64,000 bases of DNA, taken from contig NW_027362202.1 of assembly GCF_039654945.1 (NCBI RefSeq), positions 186,001-250,000 of the forward strand. Direction: 5' to 3'. The notes beneath the pieces were generated by a model. The model did no database searches. It was not told the origin of the DNA and worked only from the letters and a program-made list of their open reading frames with translations. Shown in pieces: positions 51,998-63,826 of the stretch; within the stretch, counting starts at the first letter, position 1, and each line of letters opens with the position of its first letter. Made by a program: the position numbers and the translations under genes. The DNA comes from Dendrobates tinctorius (lineage: Eukaryota).

Positions 51998-53120
51998 CTA
52001 CAATGAGAATGTGACCCAAACTGCAATATTGCAATCATCCAGCAAACTGGAAAGTGTGATTTCATTAAAAAGGGGTGATCGCCTCTCAAACATGTTGCAA
52101 TTGGTTATTGTTATTATCAAGCAACTTTGCAATTTACCCCTTAGTTAAACGCCTCAAAAAGGAAGCACTTTAATTCTATTGTGTAGAAGACATTGCCACA
52201 GAGGTGCAAACCCCCCGAGAAGACGTGCCAGATTCATTACGTTACGTATGCCACTTAATGATTTTGGCGCATTGTACACCTGCAGTTTCTGCTGTGGTGT
52301 ACAGTACCATTATTCCCTATGGGTATTAAAAACCGCTGTGCAGACACTGCAGAATTTTCCACATGGATTTTGCTGCGGTTTCAAATCCGCAGAAAGAGTT
52401 GCATGTCAATTCTTTCTGCGGATTCCGCAGCGGTTTACCATCTCCTCCATTGTGGAGATCATAAACCGCAGGGCAAAACTGCAGGTTAATCAGAAGGTCT
52501 TTTGACCTGTGGATTTTGCAGAATCCGCAGCAGATTCCACAGCATGTGCACACAGCCCAAGAGTGGGATCATGCAGTACATAGCGATGGCCACTACACCG
52601 TTGATGGAACCGAGCTATTCAGCTACAATACTGCCAACATCCGGCTGCCACTGACACCTAGAAAAGCTGAACAGTGGGGGGGGGGGGGGGGGTCCAGCCC
52701 ATCACCGGTCGGATATCGATCACTTATCCAGGAGGGCCACATGCACACGTTCAGCATTTTACATCCGGGTTTGTAAACCAAAAATCAGGAGTGGGGCAAT
52801 CAGAGAAAAGTCTAATAGAAAAACATCACCACTTCTGCATTTATCACCTACTCTCCAAATACTGAATGTGGCCTTAGGATAGGTCATCAATATAAAAAGT
52901 GGTGGAGTAGGCTTTTAAACAAAGTTTGTAAAATTGGAATTGGTGTTTATGTTGTATTTGGAAAAATTTCAATAAGAAGATTACCTAATTAAAAAAAAAT
53001 AAGTTTGTAAAGTGCCTAACCGACACACTGGTTGTGTGTTTCGCTTTAGGCCTACACAATAATTGAGTTCAAACAAATTGCATAATCCAAAATGTTCCTA
53101 CCCCTGCTCACTGTTCTTAC

Positions 53121-53247
53121 CATAGCCGACACAGCAGCAGACACAGAGCCACCTCCGGGGGTGGCCGTCCGCGCCCCCACACTGTGCACAAACCCTTTCA
53201 ATGTCTGTGTGATAAGTGATCCAGACAAGTCATCTTGAACAAAATAC
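53121..53247 (-). CDS. FTCD: FTCD exon 9, 127 bp (linker and start of cyclodeaminase domain)
   Basis: YFVQDDLSGSLITQTLKGFVHSVGARTATPGGGSVSAAVSAM, containing the cyclodeaminase PGGGS motif; CAG acceptor and GTAAG donor. Confidence 0.96.
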
Positions 53248-53349
53248 CTGCAATACATAATGTGTATTCATTATCAATTACAGGCAAGAAGTTTGAGGGA
53301 AAAGAGGCAGAATAACAGTGAGTAGAAGAGAAGAGCAAGGTCGACTTAC

Positions 53350-53411
53350 TCTATTATTCTTTTCTGAGGTTCAAAAGGAGCCAATGAGTCAAGTCCAAGT
53401 CTGTTAATAAC
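53350..53411 (-). CDS. FTCD: FTCD exon 8, 62 bp
   Basis: VINRLGLDSLAPFEPQKRII(E); AAG acceptor and GTAAGT donor. Confidence 0.95.
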
Positions 53412-53679
53412 CTTGAAAAGCAGGAAACTTATAAAAAACACAGTTCAGTATATAATACAAATCTGTTGGGTTTTCATTCTAAAATATTCAATACATTTTC
53501 CACTATTTTATAGGGAATCTGTCGACAGGTATTCGCTACCCCATTTGAAAGCATGATGCAGGGAGAGAGACCCCGATTCCAGCGATTAGTCACTTTACGG
53601 AGTACAGCCGTTGTGATAAAAGTTCTCTCTGTTGTAGATGTACCACCACACATCTTCGTGACATCACTGAAAAATCAGG

Positions 53680-54315
53680 CAAAACACAAGCCGCGGAGAC
53701 ACCATCACATGTTTCTCAACACAAGCAATGACTAGCCAGGTCTTTCCCCGGGAAGGAACAACCACGGGAAGGGCAGTCTCCAATGAAGGAAACCACCTAT
53801 GCCAAAACATGGTCTCCGCGGCTTGTGTTTTGCATGTTTTTGCATAATTCCCATAAGGGATGGGGGCATTGCTCTAGAATCACTGCGTTGAGAAACATGT
53901 GATGGTGTCTCCGCAGTGTTGGATATTGATCTCCATGAGTTTATTCATCCTCGTTTTTCACAGTCTTTTACTAGGCATTGCTCCTACTAGTCAGTTTCCT
54001 ACTCCACACTGATGAGGGGCAATACCCAGAAACAGCTGTCTGTGGATGGATACCATGTTTTGGCATAGGTGGTTTCCTTCATTGGAGACTGCCCTTCCCG
54101 TGGTTGTTCCTTCCCAGGGAAAGACCTGGCTAGTCATTGCTTGCGTTGAGAAACATGTGATGGTGTCTCCGCAGCTTGTGTTTTGCATGTTTTTGCATAA
54201 TTCCCATAAGGGATGGGGGCATTGCTCTAGAATCACTGCGTTGAGAAACATGTGATGGCGTCTCTGCAGTGTTGGATGTTGATCTCCATGAGTTCATTCA
54301 TCCTCATTTTTTCAC
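53680..54315 (+). mobile_element. Retrozyme-like non-autonomous retroelement: 1.4 tandem copies of a 353-nt unit plus an inverted partial copy
   Basis: 53812-53961 repeats at 54165-54315. 53679-53813 is the reverse complement of about 54052-54186. TSD-like TCACTGAAA(AA)TCAGG at 53664-53679 and 54317-54330. Confidence 0.8.
54003..54046 (+). ncRNA. Type I hammerhead ribozyme motif
   Basis: Stem I TCCACA/TGTGGA, core CTGATGA, stem II GGG-CAATA-CCC, GAAA, palindromic stem III ACAGCTGT, GUC cleavage triplet ending at 54040. The G10.1-C11.1 pair is replaced by G-A. Confidence 0.85.
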
Positions 54316-54518
54316 CTCACTGAAATCAGGGTCTCAGCACCTTCCTGCTGACAGATTCCATTTAAATTATGCATAAAATCAAGATGTACAACAAAATGAA
54401 ATGTATGATTAGCGCATTGTATAATCTGTCCTAGAAAAGCCACAATACGGGAATGATAGTTGTCGGAACAGCAGCTTATGAATAACTGGTTCTACATTGA
54501 AGGAAGGCAAAAGATTAC

Positions 54519-54650
54519 CAGTCGGATTTTGTGTTGTTCTTCTAATATAAACAAGTTCTCTTCTTTGATATAATATTCTGCAGACGTCAACAAGGCTTGA
54601 AGGGGCACTAAACCCACCAACTGCGAGCCGAGAATCGGAAGACTTAGCGC
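54519..54650 (-). CDS. FTCD: FTCD exon 7, 132 bp
   Basis: [44 protein letters not shown]; TAG acceptor and GTAAT donor. Confidence 0.96.
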
Positions 54651-54705
54651 CTAAAACAAGGCAAAAGTAGTTTAGCTACACAAAAAAAAAAAAAAAAAAA
54701 AAAAA

Positions 54706-57700
54706 AAAGACGGATTACTTACCGGTAATACTCTTTTGTAGAGTCCACGACAGCACCCACAGAGAGGGGATCCACCCCCGGAACAGGAAACCTACAGAGA
54801 TAAATGGGGCGGTCCCCCTCGCTCCCTCAGTTTGTGTTACCGAGAACAACGGAGGAACCGCCATACATGTTTTAGTCAATTTGTTTGGGCGATTCATCTA
54901 TCTTACCCCTACATCGTTTATGTTCGCCAAGCTTAACCACGTATTAAATTCTAATTACAGTCTCCGCCACCAAGGAGACCCATGTGAAACAAAAATTTTA
55001 CGGGAGGGAAGTGAGCGGGTGCTGTCGTGGACTCTACAAAAGAGTATTACCGGTAAGTAATCCGGTTTTTCCTCTTCGCCACGACAGCACCCACTGAGAG
55101 ATTTCCAGAGATCATCACCTGGGAGGGCACACCGTGTTAAGGACTGATCTACCGAAAGACAAATCCTCGGTAGAGGATAAATCTAGTCTATAGTGACTAT
55201 AAAAGGTAGATGGAGAAGACCAGGTTGCAGCCTTACATATTTGTTCAATTGGGACGTTTGCCCTCTCGGCCCAGGAGGACGATATGGCTCTAGTAGAGTG
55301 CGCCTTAATCCCCAGCGGAGGTTCTAACCTTTAGCCAAATATGCCATTGTGATCGCATCTCTAATCCACCTGGATAGTGTGCCTGTTGTAACTCCAGACC
55401 CCTTTCTGTTGCCCTGGAAGGAGACAAAAAGAGACCTACTCTGCCTCCAGGGACTGGTCCTATCAAGGTAGGCTAGCACAGCTCTTCTCACATCTAAGGT
55501 GTGATATTTCACCTCGTCCTGGTTTGACGGGTTTTCGTAGAAGGAAGGTAGGCATATCTCCTGAGACCTAAGAAATTTAGTTACCCGTTTGGGAAGGTAG
55601 GACGGATCTGTCTGTCTCGTGTTATTGACAAGAACGGAGGGTCTATTGAGAGAGCATGAAGATCACCTACTCTTCTAGCTGATACTAAAGCCACTAGTGT
55701 AGCAGTTTTCAATGAAAGGCACTTCACTGATGCTGAATCTATGGGTTCAAACGGGGCCTGAGTAAAGGCATCCAAGACCAGAGTAAGGTCCCATGCAGGA
55801 AGCCGAGGAATATGCACCGGTTCTGATCGTTGACAGGCTGAAACAAAACGGGTCACCCATCTATTTGCTGCCACGTTATAGTTAAATAGGGCTCCTAAGG
55901 CCGATATATGGACTTTAAGAGTATTTACTGAGAGGCCCAATTCTCGGCCTCTTTGAAGAAACTCTAAGATGGCCGTAATGGGTGGTTCACCGGCTAGCTC
56001 TGCTGGGTGAAAGGTCAGGAATTTCCTCCACACCTTAGCGTATATTCTTGTTGTAGATTCTTTTCTACTTTGTAGCAGGGTATTAATCAGGTTTTTCGAA
56101 AAGCCTTTCTGCTTTAATAGTTCCCTTTCAAATTCCAGGCCGCTAGGTGTAGGGCTTTGACCTGTGGATGGTAGCAGGGTCCTTGCGAGAGAAAATCCTG
56201 GTGCAGCGGCAGGATCCACGGGTCGGTTATTGACATGGCTCTCAGCCATGAAAACTACGGCCTTTTGGGCCAAAACGGGGCTATCAAGATGTCTGGGTTG
56301 TCTGACCTGTAGAGCGAAGCAACCCTTCTTACACGTCTGTTGGCTCTGGTCGCGAACAGGTCTATCTCTGTCTGCCCCATTCTTTCGCTATCGTCTCGAA
56401 GACGTGCCTGCTGAGGACCCACTCGCCCTGATATAGGACCTGGCGACTGAGATAGTCTGCTTGAGAGTTGTCCACTCCTCTTATGTGGAGCGCCGACAAG
56501 GAGTGAAGATGTACCTCGGCTACTTGTAGGATCTTTTCCGCGATAGACATCAACGGTCCCGATCGCGTACCTCCTTGTCAGTTTATATAGGCCACTGCGG
56601 TGGTATTGTCTGTCTGGACCCTCACGTGGGTTCCTCTTAACTGCGGGAGAAATTGAGACATCGCATAGTAAATTGCTTTTAGCTCCTTTACATTAGAGGA
56701 GGTTTCTATTTCATGTTTACGCCACCAGCCTAGCATCATGTGCTCCTCCAGGTGGGCCCCCCAACCCAAGGGGCTAGCATCCGTGGTGAGCACCTTGGAG
56801 GGAGTTACCCACCATTGCACTCCCTTTGACAAATTGGTAGGATTCAACCACTTTAGGGAATTAACCACTTCCGGCGATAGGGACATCCTCCCTTCCAACC
56901 GTCCCTGCAGTCTGTTTCCTGCAGAATAGCCCACTGTAGCTTTCTGGAGTGGAACTGAGCCCATTGCACCGCCGGGATGCACAATATCAGGACCCCAGCA
57001 AGGACATACCCTGTCTCAATGATATTACGGGTCTTCCTATAGTATTTTGTATCTTATTGATTATGGCCACCGCTTTAGCGTCTGGTAGAAAGCATTTCTG
57101 ACTTACGGAATCTACTTGCAGGCCTAGGAACCTCTGACAGGTCACTGGTTCTAGCCTGGACTTCTCCCAGTTGATTAGCCAGCCTAGTGTTTGTAAGGAT
57201 GAGATAATCTTAGCCATTCTTGTTTCGCACTGAGAAACAGAATTCCCCACTACGAGCAGGTCGTCCAAGTAAGGGATCACTAGGGTGTCATTCAGTCTTA
57301 CATACGACATCACCTCCAGCATCAATTTGGTAAATACCCGAGGAGCCATGGATAGCCCGAATGGCATTGCCGCAAACTGGAAATGCTGAATCCGACCCTT
57401 GAACCAGACCGCTACCCGCAGGAACTTCTGGTGCTCTCGGAATATGGGGAGATGGTAATAGGCATCCTTTAGGTCCAAGACTGCCATATAACACCTGGGA
57501 AACAAAAGTTTTATTGCAGAATTTATTGACTCCATCTTAAATGGCCTCAGCCTCAAGAAGGTATTAAGCTTCTTTAAATTTATTATAGTCCTGAAAGAGC
57601 CATCTGGTTTTGGGATTAAAAATAGAGGAGACTAAAAGCCCATTCCTCTTTCGTCCCTTGGGACCTCTATCAGGACCTGTTTAGTTAGTAGTACTGCAAT

Positions 57701-60139
57701 CTCCATCTCTAGTGCTTCCTGCTGTATCTGGGATTTCATGGAAGTCAATAGGAAGAGGTTCGGTGGATGCCGAACGAATTCTAGTTTTAGGCCCGATGAG
57801 ACGATATCAATGGCCCATGGGTTGGATGTTACCTTCCCCCATTGGTGGCTCAATTTCAGTAGTCTGCCACCTACCGGTGTACTGGTATTAGCGGAACCTG
57901 TCTCCTCTGAAGGGACGTTTTCCGAATAGATTGCTCCTTATTTCCCCAGCGATCCTGGGGTTTAAAGTCTTTTTGCCAAACGGCGGTTTTCTGTAGGCCC
58001 TGCTATTAAAGGGAATATACGGGTTAGGAAAACCTCTCTTTCTCTCCCCCGCTTTTGTTAAGATCTCGTCCAGTTCCGTGCCAAATAGGTACTTACCCTG
58101 GCAGGGTATAGCACACAGTTTAGTTTTTGTTTGCGTGTCTCCTTTCCACCCCTTCAACCATAAGGCCCGCCGGCCTGCATTGGTTAGTCCTGCTGCTCTA
58201 GCGGATAAACGGAGAGAGTCCGCTGAGGAATCGGAGAGGAAGGCAGCTGCTCCTTTAATGAGGGGCATAGAGGACAGGAGTTTATTCCTGGCCACTCCAT
58301 TTTTAATATTGTCCTCTAGGTCATTCAGCCACACCAACATTGACCTTGCCGTACACGTGGCTGCTATTGTGGGCTTAAAAGCTGCCGTACATGCTTCCCA
58401 GGATTGTTTAAGGAGTGTATCGGTCTTACGATCCAATGAGTCATCCAAAGTTCCTGAATCCTCTACCGGCAGGGAGGATCTACGAGAGGTAGAGGCCACT
58501 GCCGCATCCACCTTGGGGGCTCTCGACCAAGCCGTCAATTCCTCGTCGTCAAAAGGGTATTCACGCTTTGACGTTAAGGGGAGGAAGGTTCTCTGCCCCT
58601 GTTTCTCCCACTCCCTTTTTACTAGCTCTTTTATAGCTGGGACCACTGGGAACGCTCGGACCTTTCTACGGGAAATGCCTGCAAACATTATGTCTTGCGG
58701 AGTCTTGGGGTCCCTACTCTCTGGTAGCCCCATGGTATTCCGGACAGACTTAACCAAGTTACTGACGCCATCTGTAGGGAAGCACGTCTGTTCCTCATCC
58801 TCTGAGCAAGGGTATTCCTGGGATATATCAGTCTAGATCCCCGGTTTCTGACGGTGAGTTTGACGCCGGCGAAGCTCCCCCTCTCGGTGAACCTATTTCT
58901 CTCACGGAGGCGTGACCTCCCAGACTACTGGAGTTGCCTAAGGCCCGTAGCTCTTCTCTAATTATCGCTCGGATATCCTCTTTCTTCCGCGAGGATTCGT
59001 CCTGTAAGGCCTCCTCAATACACGACTGACATAATTTCTTAGGGTGGCCGTCTGGGAGGGGCTGAGAACATAAGGCACACTCTCTATTTTTCGCCTTCTC
59101 CGTTCTTTTGGCCTAAAAAAAGGGGGGTGTGGACCAGAAAAAACGAACATCAGTTATTTATTCTGACTAAAAACACTCACCCGTGAGTTTCGTCAGTAAA
59201 CTACCGGCTGCGGGGTCCGTGACTCAGGCCTAGGCGAGGCGTGGGACGGTTTTTTCTCTTTACGTTTTTTCTCTAAGGGCTCGTCTTGTCTGGAAGGTCC
59301 GCTAGATTCCTTCCTGGAGCTGCCACTTCTTCTGGTGCTACTTCTCCTCCTTGTAGTACCGCTTTGTCTGCTGCCATGTGGGGATTTCACTGGCTGATTT
59401 AACGGGAGCGAAGCTGGGTCATCTATGGATGACATGACTGCGCATTGGCGCTGTGCTCGTGGCTTCTTTTTATAGGTTTTATTATTGATGCTCCACCATT
59501 TTTTTTTTTTTTTTTTTTTCTCTTTCTGCCCCATCTGCGCATGCGCGGGCGTTTCCCCGCGATCGCCGCCTCCTGTGTTGACCCCGGAAGTTGTCATACC
59601 ACTTCCGGGTCGCCTCTGCCTGGGAGCGCCGCTGGAAGTCTGATGCAGCAGCCGCCGGACAGTGACACCCACGCACCCGGCCGCACCCCTTGCCACAGGT
59701 ATGATCCCCAGTAGCGCTGCCTGGCACAACGCTCAGGCTCTTCTGCTTTCTCCCGGGGGGGGGGGGGGCGCACGGCCACCATCCCGGATATGCCCTCATG
59801 GCCTCTGTAATGCGCTCGCCCCTTCCTGGGGGGGGGGGTAATATTCTTACCTCCGGCCTCACCTGCATTACCAGCTCTGGGGGGGGGGGGGGGAAAAAAA
59901 AAATAAATAAATAATATCGCCTCTCCGCCCGACGCCGCTTCCAGTCCTGGGGCCCCTGCTGCTCATATTATGCACGCAGGCGGCTACCAGACCAGGTATC
60001 CTCTTCTGCGGGTTCCTTTCCAGGAACAGGAAACCAAACTGAGGGAGCGAGGGGGACCGCCCCATTTATCTCTCTGTAGGTTTCCTGTTCCGGGGGCGGA
60101 GCCCCTCTCTCAGTGGGTGCTGTCGTGGCGAAGAGGAAA
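54706..60139 (-). mobile_element. DIRS1-type element F, full length but degenerate, in FTCD intron 6
   Basis: ITRs about 54706-54834 and 60036-60139, ICR 55017-55100, gag 57888-59435, RT YLDD (56987-57853), RH TTDAS, YR (SARR, HSTR, HY); A-runs on both sides. Confidence 0.95.
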
Positions 60140-60206
60140 AAAAAAAAAAAAAATAAAAAAAAACACACCTACACAGCTTACAGGCACAAGAAGGAATATC
60201 AAGCAC

Positions 60207-60344
60207 CTTGGCATCTTTGCGCGTTTCTTCATACACCATGTGAAGAGGAGTAATTTCATAATCTAATATGTTTGCAGACACTTGAGCCAGATTCTCTTCT
60301 TGCAGATACCAGCCAATCGCCTGCACTTTTTTGAGACGTCCAGA
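60207..60344 (-). CDS. FTCD: FTCD exon 6, 138 bp
   Basis: [46 protein letters not shown]; CAG acceptor and GT donor. Confidence 0.97.
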
Positions 60345-61011
60345 CTGAAATAAAACAGGGAGAAAAATAAATGCACATTGCAGAGCTTTTCCTATGCAAA
60401 TATATGTCAAGAACAGCTTTTTTGAAAGTGGTCTGATCATGACAAGTATCAGAGTAACCACCGGTGTTACCAATCAAATGACCGTGTCAATGAAAGAAAC
60501 CTCTTAGCCGCAAGTCTCACATGAGTTAAATAAAATCTGGCACAAGATTTAGGCAGCCTTATTTGAGAGACTCCAATTTTAGCATTCTGTCGCCTGTAAT
60601 CAAGAGCAGCAGATATAGAAAAGTGCTACAAAAACATCCTATTAGGTGACAGACCATCAGGGTTTCGCTCACTATATATTAACCTGTAGTGCAAGCCTGG
60701 CTACAGATCCTCCAAAATTGAAGTCAATGTGAATAAGTATGCAGAAGTACGTGCAAGACATACCGTTGGGGTCCGAATACGGGTATAGTTATCCCGACCG
60801 GCCGGTGGTCTCCTTAGCCAAACTCAACAGCCTCATATCCGAGTGGTCAGGAAACCCATGGCTGGTCCCATTATCACCATCAGAGATCTCAAAACTGTCT
60901 TATAGTGAACATTTTGTATCTCATTTCTAAAGCCAGGCCCTCTATTCAGATTGCAAAAAATTCCATTACATTTTGTCATACTTTAGCACATAAAGACCCA
61001 TTTCTGCTCAC

Positions 61012-61191
61012 CTGACCTTTCCCGCGACCACCTTCTCTGATGTTAAGCGCTATACGATGAGCAAGTTCCTTTGTAGTTAATAGATTTATATTGTACGCTA
61101 TGAGAAATTTCCGTGCTCCCGTCACAGTTGCCCCCCAACTTGGAACAAAAACTGGCTCTCCATAATCTGGTTTCCATTCTGAGTTTTGCAA
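61012..61191 (-). CDS. FTCD: FTCD exon 5, 180 bp
   Basis: [60 protein letters not shown]; TAG acceptor and GTGAG donor. Confidence 0.97.
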
Positions 61192-62752
61192 CTAGAGGGG
61201 AAAAAAAACAAAAAAACAAAAGATTAAAGTAAACTAGAGTTCAGTCTGAATTACACAGGGATATTTTTATAGTGATGTTCTGCTCTTAGGAAAGGCTATC
61301 AATATTAGATTGATGGAGTCTAATTCCCAGCAATCAGCTGTTTTAAAGGAATTGTGAAGCTTGGATGAGCACCATTGCCCATTAATCATACTCATCACTT
61401 GCGGCCCCCCTTCATATTGCGCGCTCCACCACCACCACACACATTCAGTGGCATCATCGGAGCTTACATCTGCACCACTCAACAAAAGGATTCTGGCGCA
61501 TGCACCAGCGAGGTCATGGACTAATGAAGCAGATGGAGTCACCGTGGGCTCTGTCGTGCATCATTTGCAGCCGTGTATGCCTATTGGAGGCTGACAGCAA
61601 AACGTAGTAAACTTAGAGATTTCATCCATAACACTGAGATTTGATTCATTAGTTCTGTGGAATAGAGATCTCTACCATCTCCATTTATACTGTGAATTTT
61701 CCAGACAGATTTAGCCATTTGCATTGTTCCATTTTTCAGTCTGCTGCAACCTATGTGTGCTTATATTCTGTGGCTATAGAATGGGGAAAACCATTCAAAA
61801 AAAAAAAAAAAAAAAGTTCTGTAATAGGAGTGGTGGAACCACTGTCCTGTGGTCTGAGAAGAGCCTGGAGGGGAGGAACTAGGTAAGCACCCGACTTCAC
61901 TAGAGCCTCTACTTGGCTCCCAATGGACACCAGGTGCTAATCTATAACAGACCTCAGACACAAGAGTTGACCCCCAAGGGACAGGAAGCTGAGTACAGGC
62001 AGGCAAGATAGGAACACAGATGTAGATGAGCATGGCTGGTATACAGGCTGACAAAGGCAGGTGCTGGCACGGATGTTAGGGATGGACAGACACTAGCCAA
62101 ACTAGGCAGGAACCTAGGAAGTAGCAAGTGTGTTCATAACGAACTAACAAGGTTGCACAGGCACCTCCATGCAGGAGGAGGTGCCTTAAATAAGTGTCTC
62201 CTAGCCATTGGCTGGGGACACTTTAGGACAGTGTGAGCAGCCCCTTAACAAGGGGGAGCGCGCACCCCAAGCACAGTGCCCGGGAATCACATCATTCTGT
62301 GATAACAGGATCTGCGCTGTACTACTCTCCCCTGCCATCTTGTGGTCATTTCACGGTACTGCACTCCCTTTTCTGTCTTTCCCTGCTGTTACCTTTCTAA
62401 CCTGTCAATCTCTGTCCCTAGTGCACAAACCGTCCCCGCCTTCTACCAGTCACGTCTGTCCGTCAAGTCACCTTCCCCACAACTACAGCAAGCAGCCCAG
62501 TAAGTGACACATTGCTGGAATCAGAGGTGACAGATTACCCATTGCTGTAAAGGGCCCCACTAAAATTGATCCGCAGTTTAAGATACAAGATTGGTAAAAC
62601 ATTTGTCATGACCTATTGTAGTGACCATATTTATCTAAAATAACTTCCTATTGTACATATACAGCTACCTAAATAAATGACAAATATGTTACAGGGTAAA
62701 AAAAAAAGTTTGAAAATTAACAATAATATTTGTAAAAAGTAATCTAAATTAC

Positions 62753-62841
62753 CTTGGTGGGAAGAGCTTCATACTCTCCAGCTCTCACAGTGGGGAGAGT
62801 TCTTCGATTTTCAGTGCGTGCGGCCTCAGCATAAAGATACA
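62753..62841 (-). CDS. FTCD: FTCD exon 4, 89 bp
   Basis: (V)[29 protein letters not shown]; TAG acceptor and GTAAT donor; phase matches flanking exons. Confidence 0.97.
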
Positions 62842-63697
62842 CTAGAATAAGAGAAAAAAAAAAGTTTGATAGTTTAGTAGACAAGTGCTACAGGATATTA
62901 ATGAGTAATTTCAATGCAACAGGCTGCCGACATAGGGGGAAGAAATACAACGACAACATCTGCGAGGAGTTTGGAAAGAAACACATAGTGATAGGGATTG
63001 TGGGCCCCAATGGGGACAGTGATAATGTCTGCAAATGTAAAAGATGTGGAATTAATGAAGCTATGAATAAAATATAGTGAAGGTAAAAGATCACTAGTAA
63101 ATTACAGCAAAGATCAATATCCCATTAACATTATCTTGCGAGTTAAGATGCCGTCACACGTAGCCCTCACTTGCCCTCATCCAGACGTCTCCAGTTTCTG
63201 CCTTTTCGGTTATACAGTTTGCCATTCTTACCCCTCTATTAGGCATCAGCTCCCATCTCCCAACAGGATTCTTATATGGCTCAATGGTCGCCTCAACTGC
63301 TGGGCTTGCCACTCTTGGCTGACATTTCAGCCATATTCCTACCTACATTTTCACTGTTAATGTCGTATTTCTGCTGGTAAATATGGGTTATACCTGGCAA
63401 ATAATCATGGTAATTTTTAAGTGAGGCCAAAATTAAGACTTGATTTGTGGATTACGTTAACAAGATTGTATCTACAACTCGGCATTCTGTCAAAGAGCCT
63501 AGCTCCTTCTAGAAATTGGACTAAGAAGTTGCAATTTGGCACCAAGATTTTATATGGTTTTATAATTTTCTGTATTTAGCACGGAGCCTTATTTCCCCAA
63601 GTTGGCCTCATGAATTAGGCTTCACTTAACTTCGTATGATTCTTTGACTAGCAATCAAATGTCACCAGAATAAGGGCTATAAATGCACATTTCTTAC

Positions 63698-63826
63698 CTG
63701 GGACATGCAGCTCAGTCGCTAGTCTTTCAGCGAAGTTGTTTGCGCAGGAAACACATTCAGCCATGGTCACGTTTCGGACAGGAATAAATGGACACACATC
63801 CAGAGCGCCCATACGAGGATGCTCAC
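63698..63826 (-). CDS. FTCD: FTCD coding exon (equivalent to exon 3), 129 bp
   Basis: Translates to (G)[42 protein letters not shown], the formiminotransferase [12 protein letters not shown] motif. AG acceptor and GTAAG donor present. Confidence 0.97.

Larger units (their letters stand above)
53512..54361. mobile_element. Kolobok/T2-type MITE in FTCD intron 7, hosting the retrozyme-like insertion
   Basis: TIRs AGGGAATCTGTC and GACAGATTCCAT; TTAT/TTAA flanks. Confidence 0.7.

Noticed and set aside
58078-58836. 252-aa plus-strand ORF (similar ones at 43536-44027 and 15732-15995)
   Set aside because: Antisense shadows of DIRS gag with no recognisable motif or conserved start.
59990-60003. AGGTA donor-like motif antisense in DIRS 5' leaders (also 17493, 30587, 51003)
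   Set aside because: Too short, and no partner acceptor was identified; it may only reflect shared ancestry.
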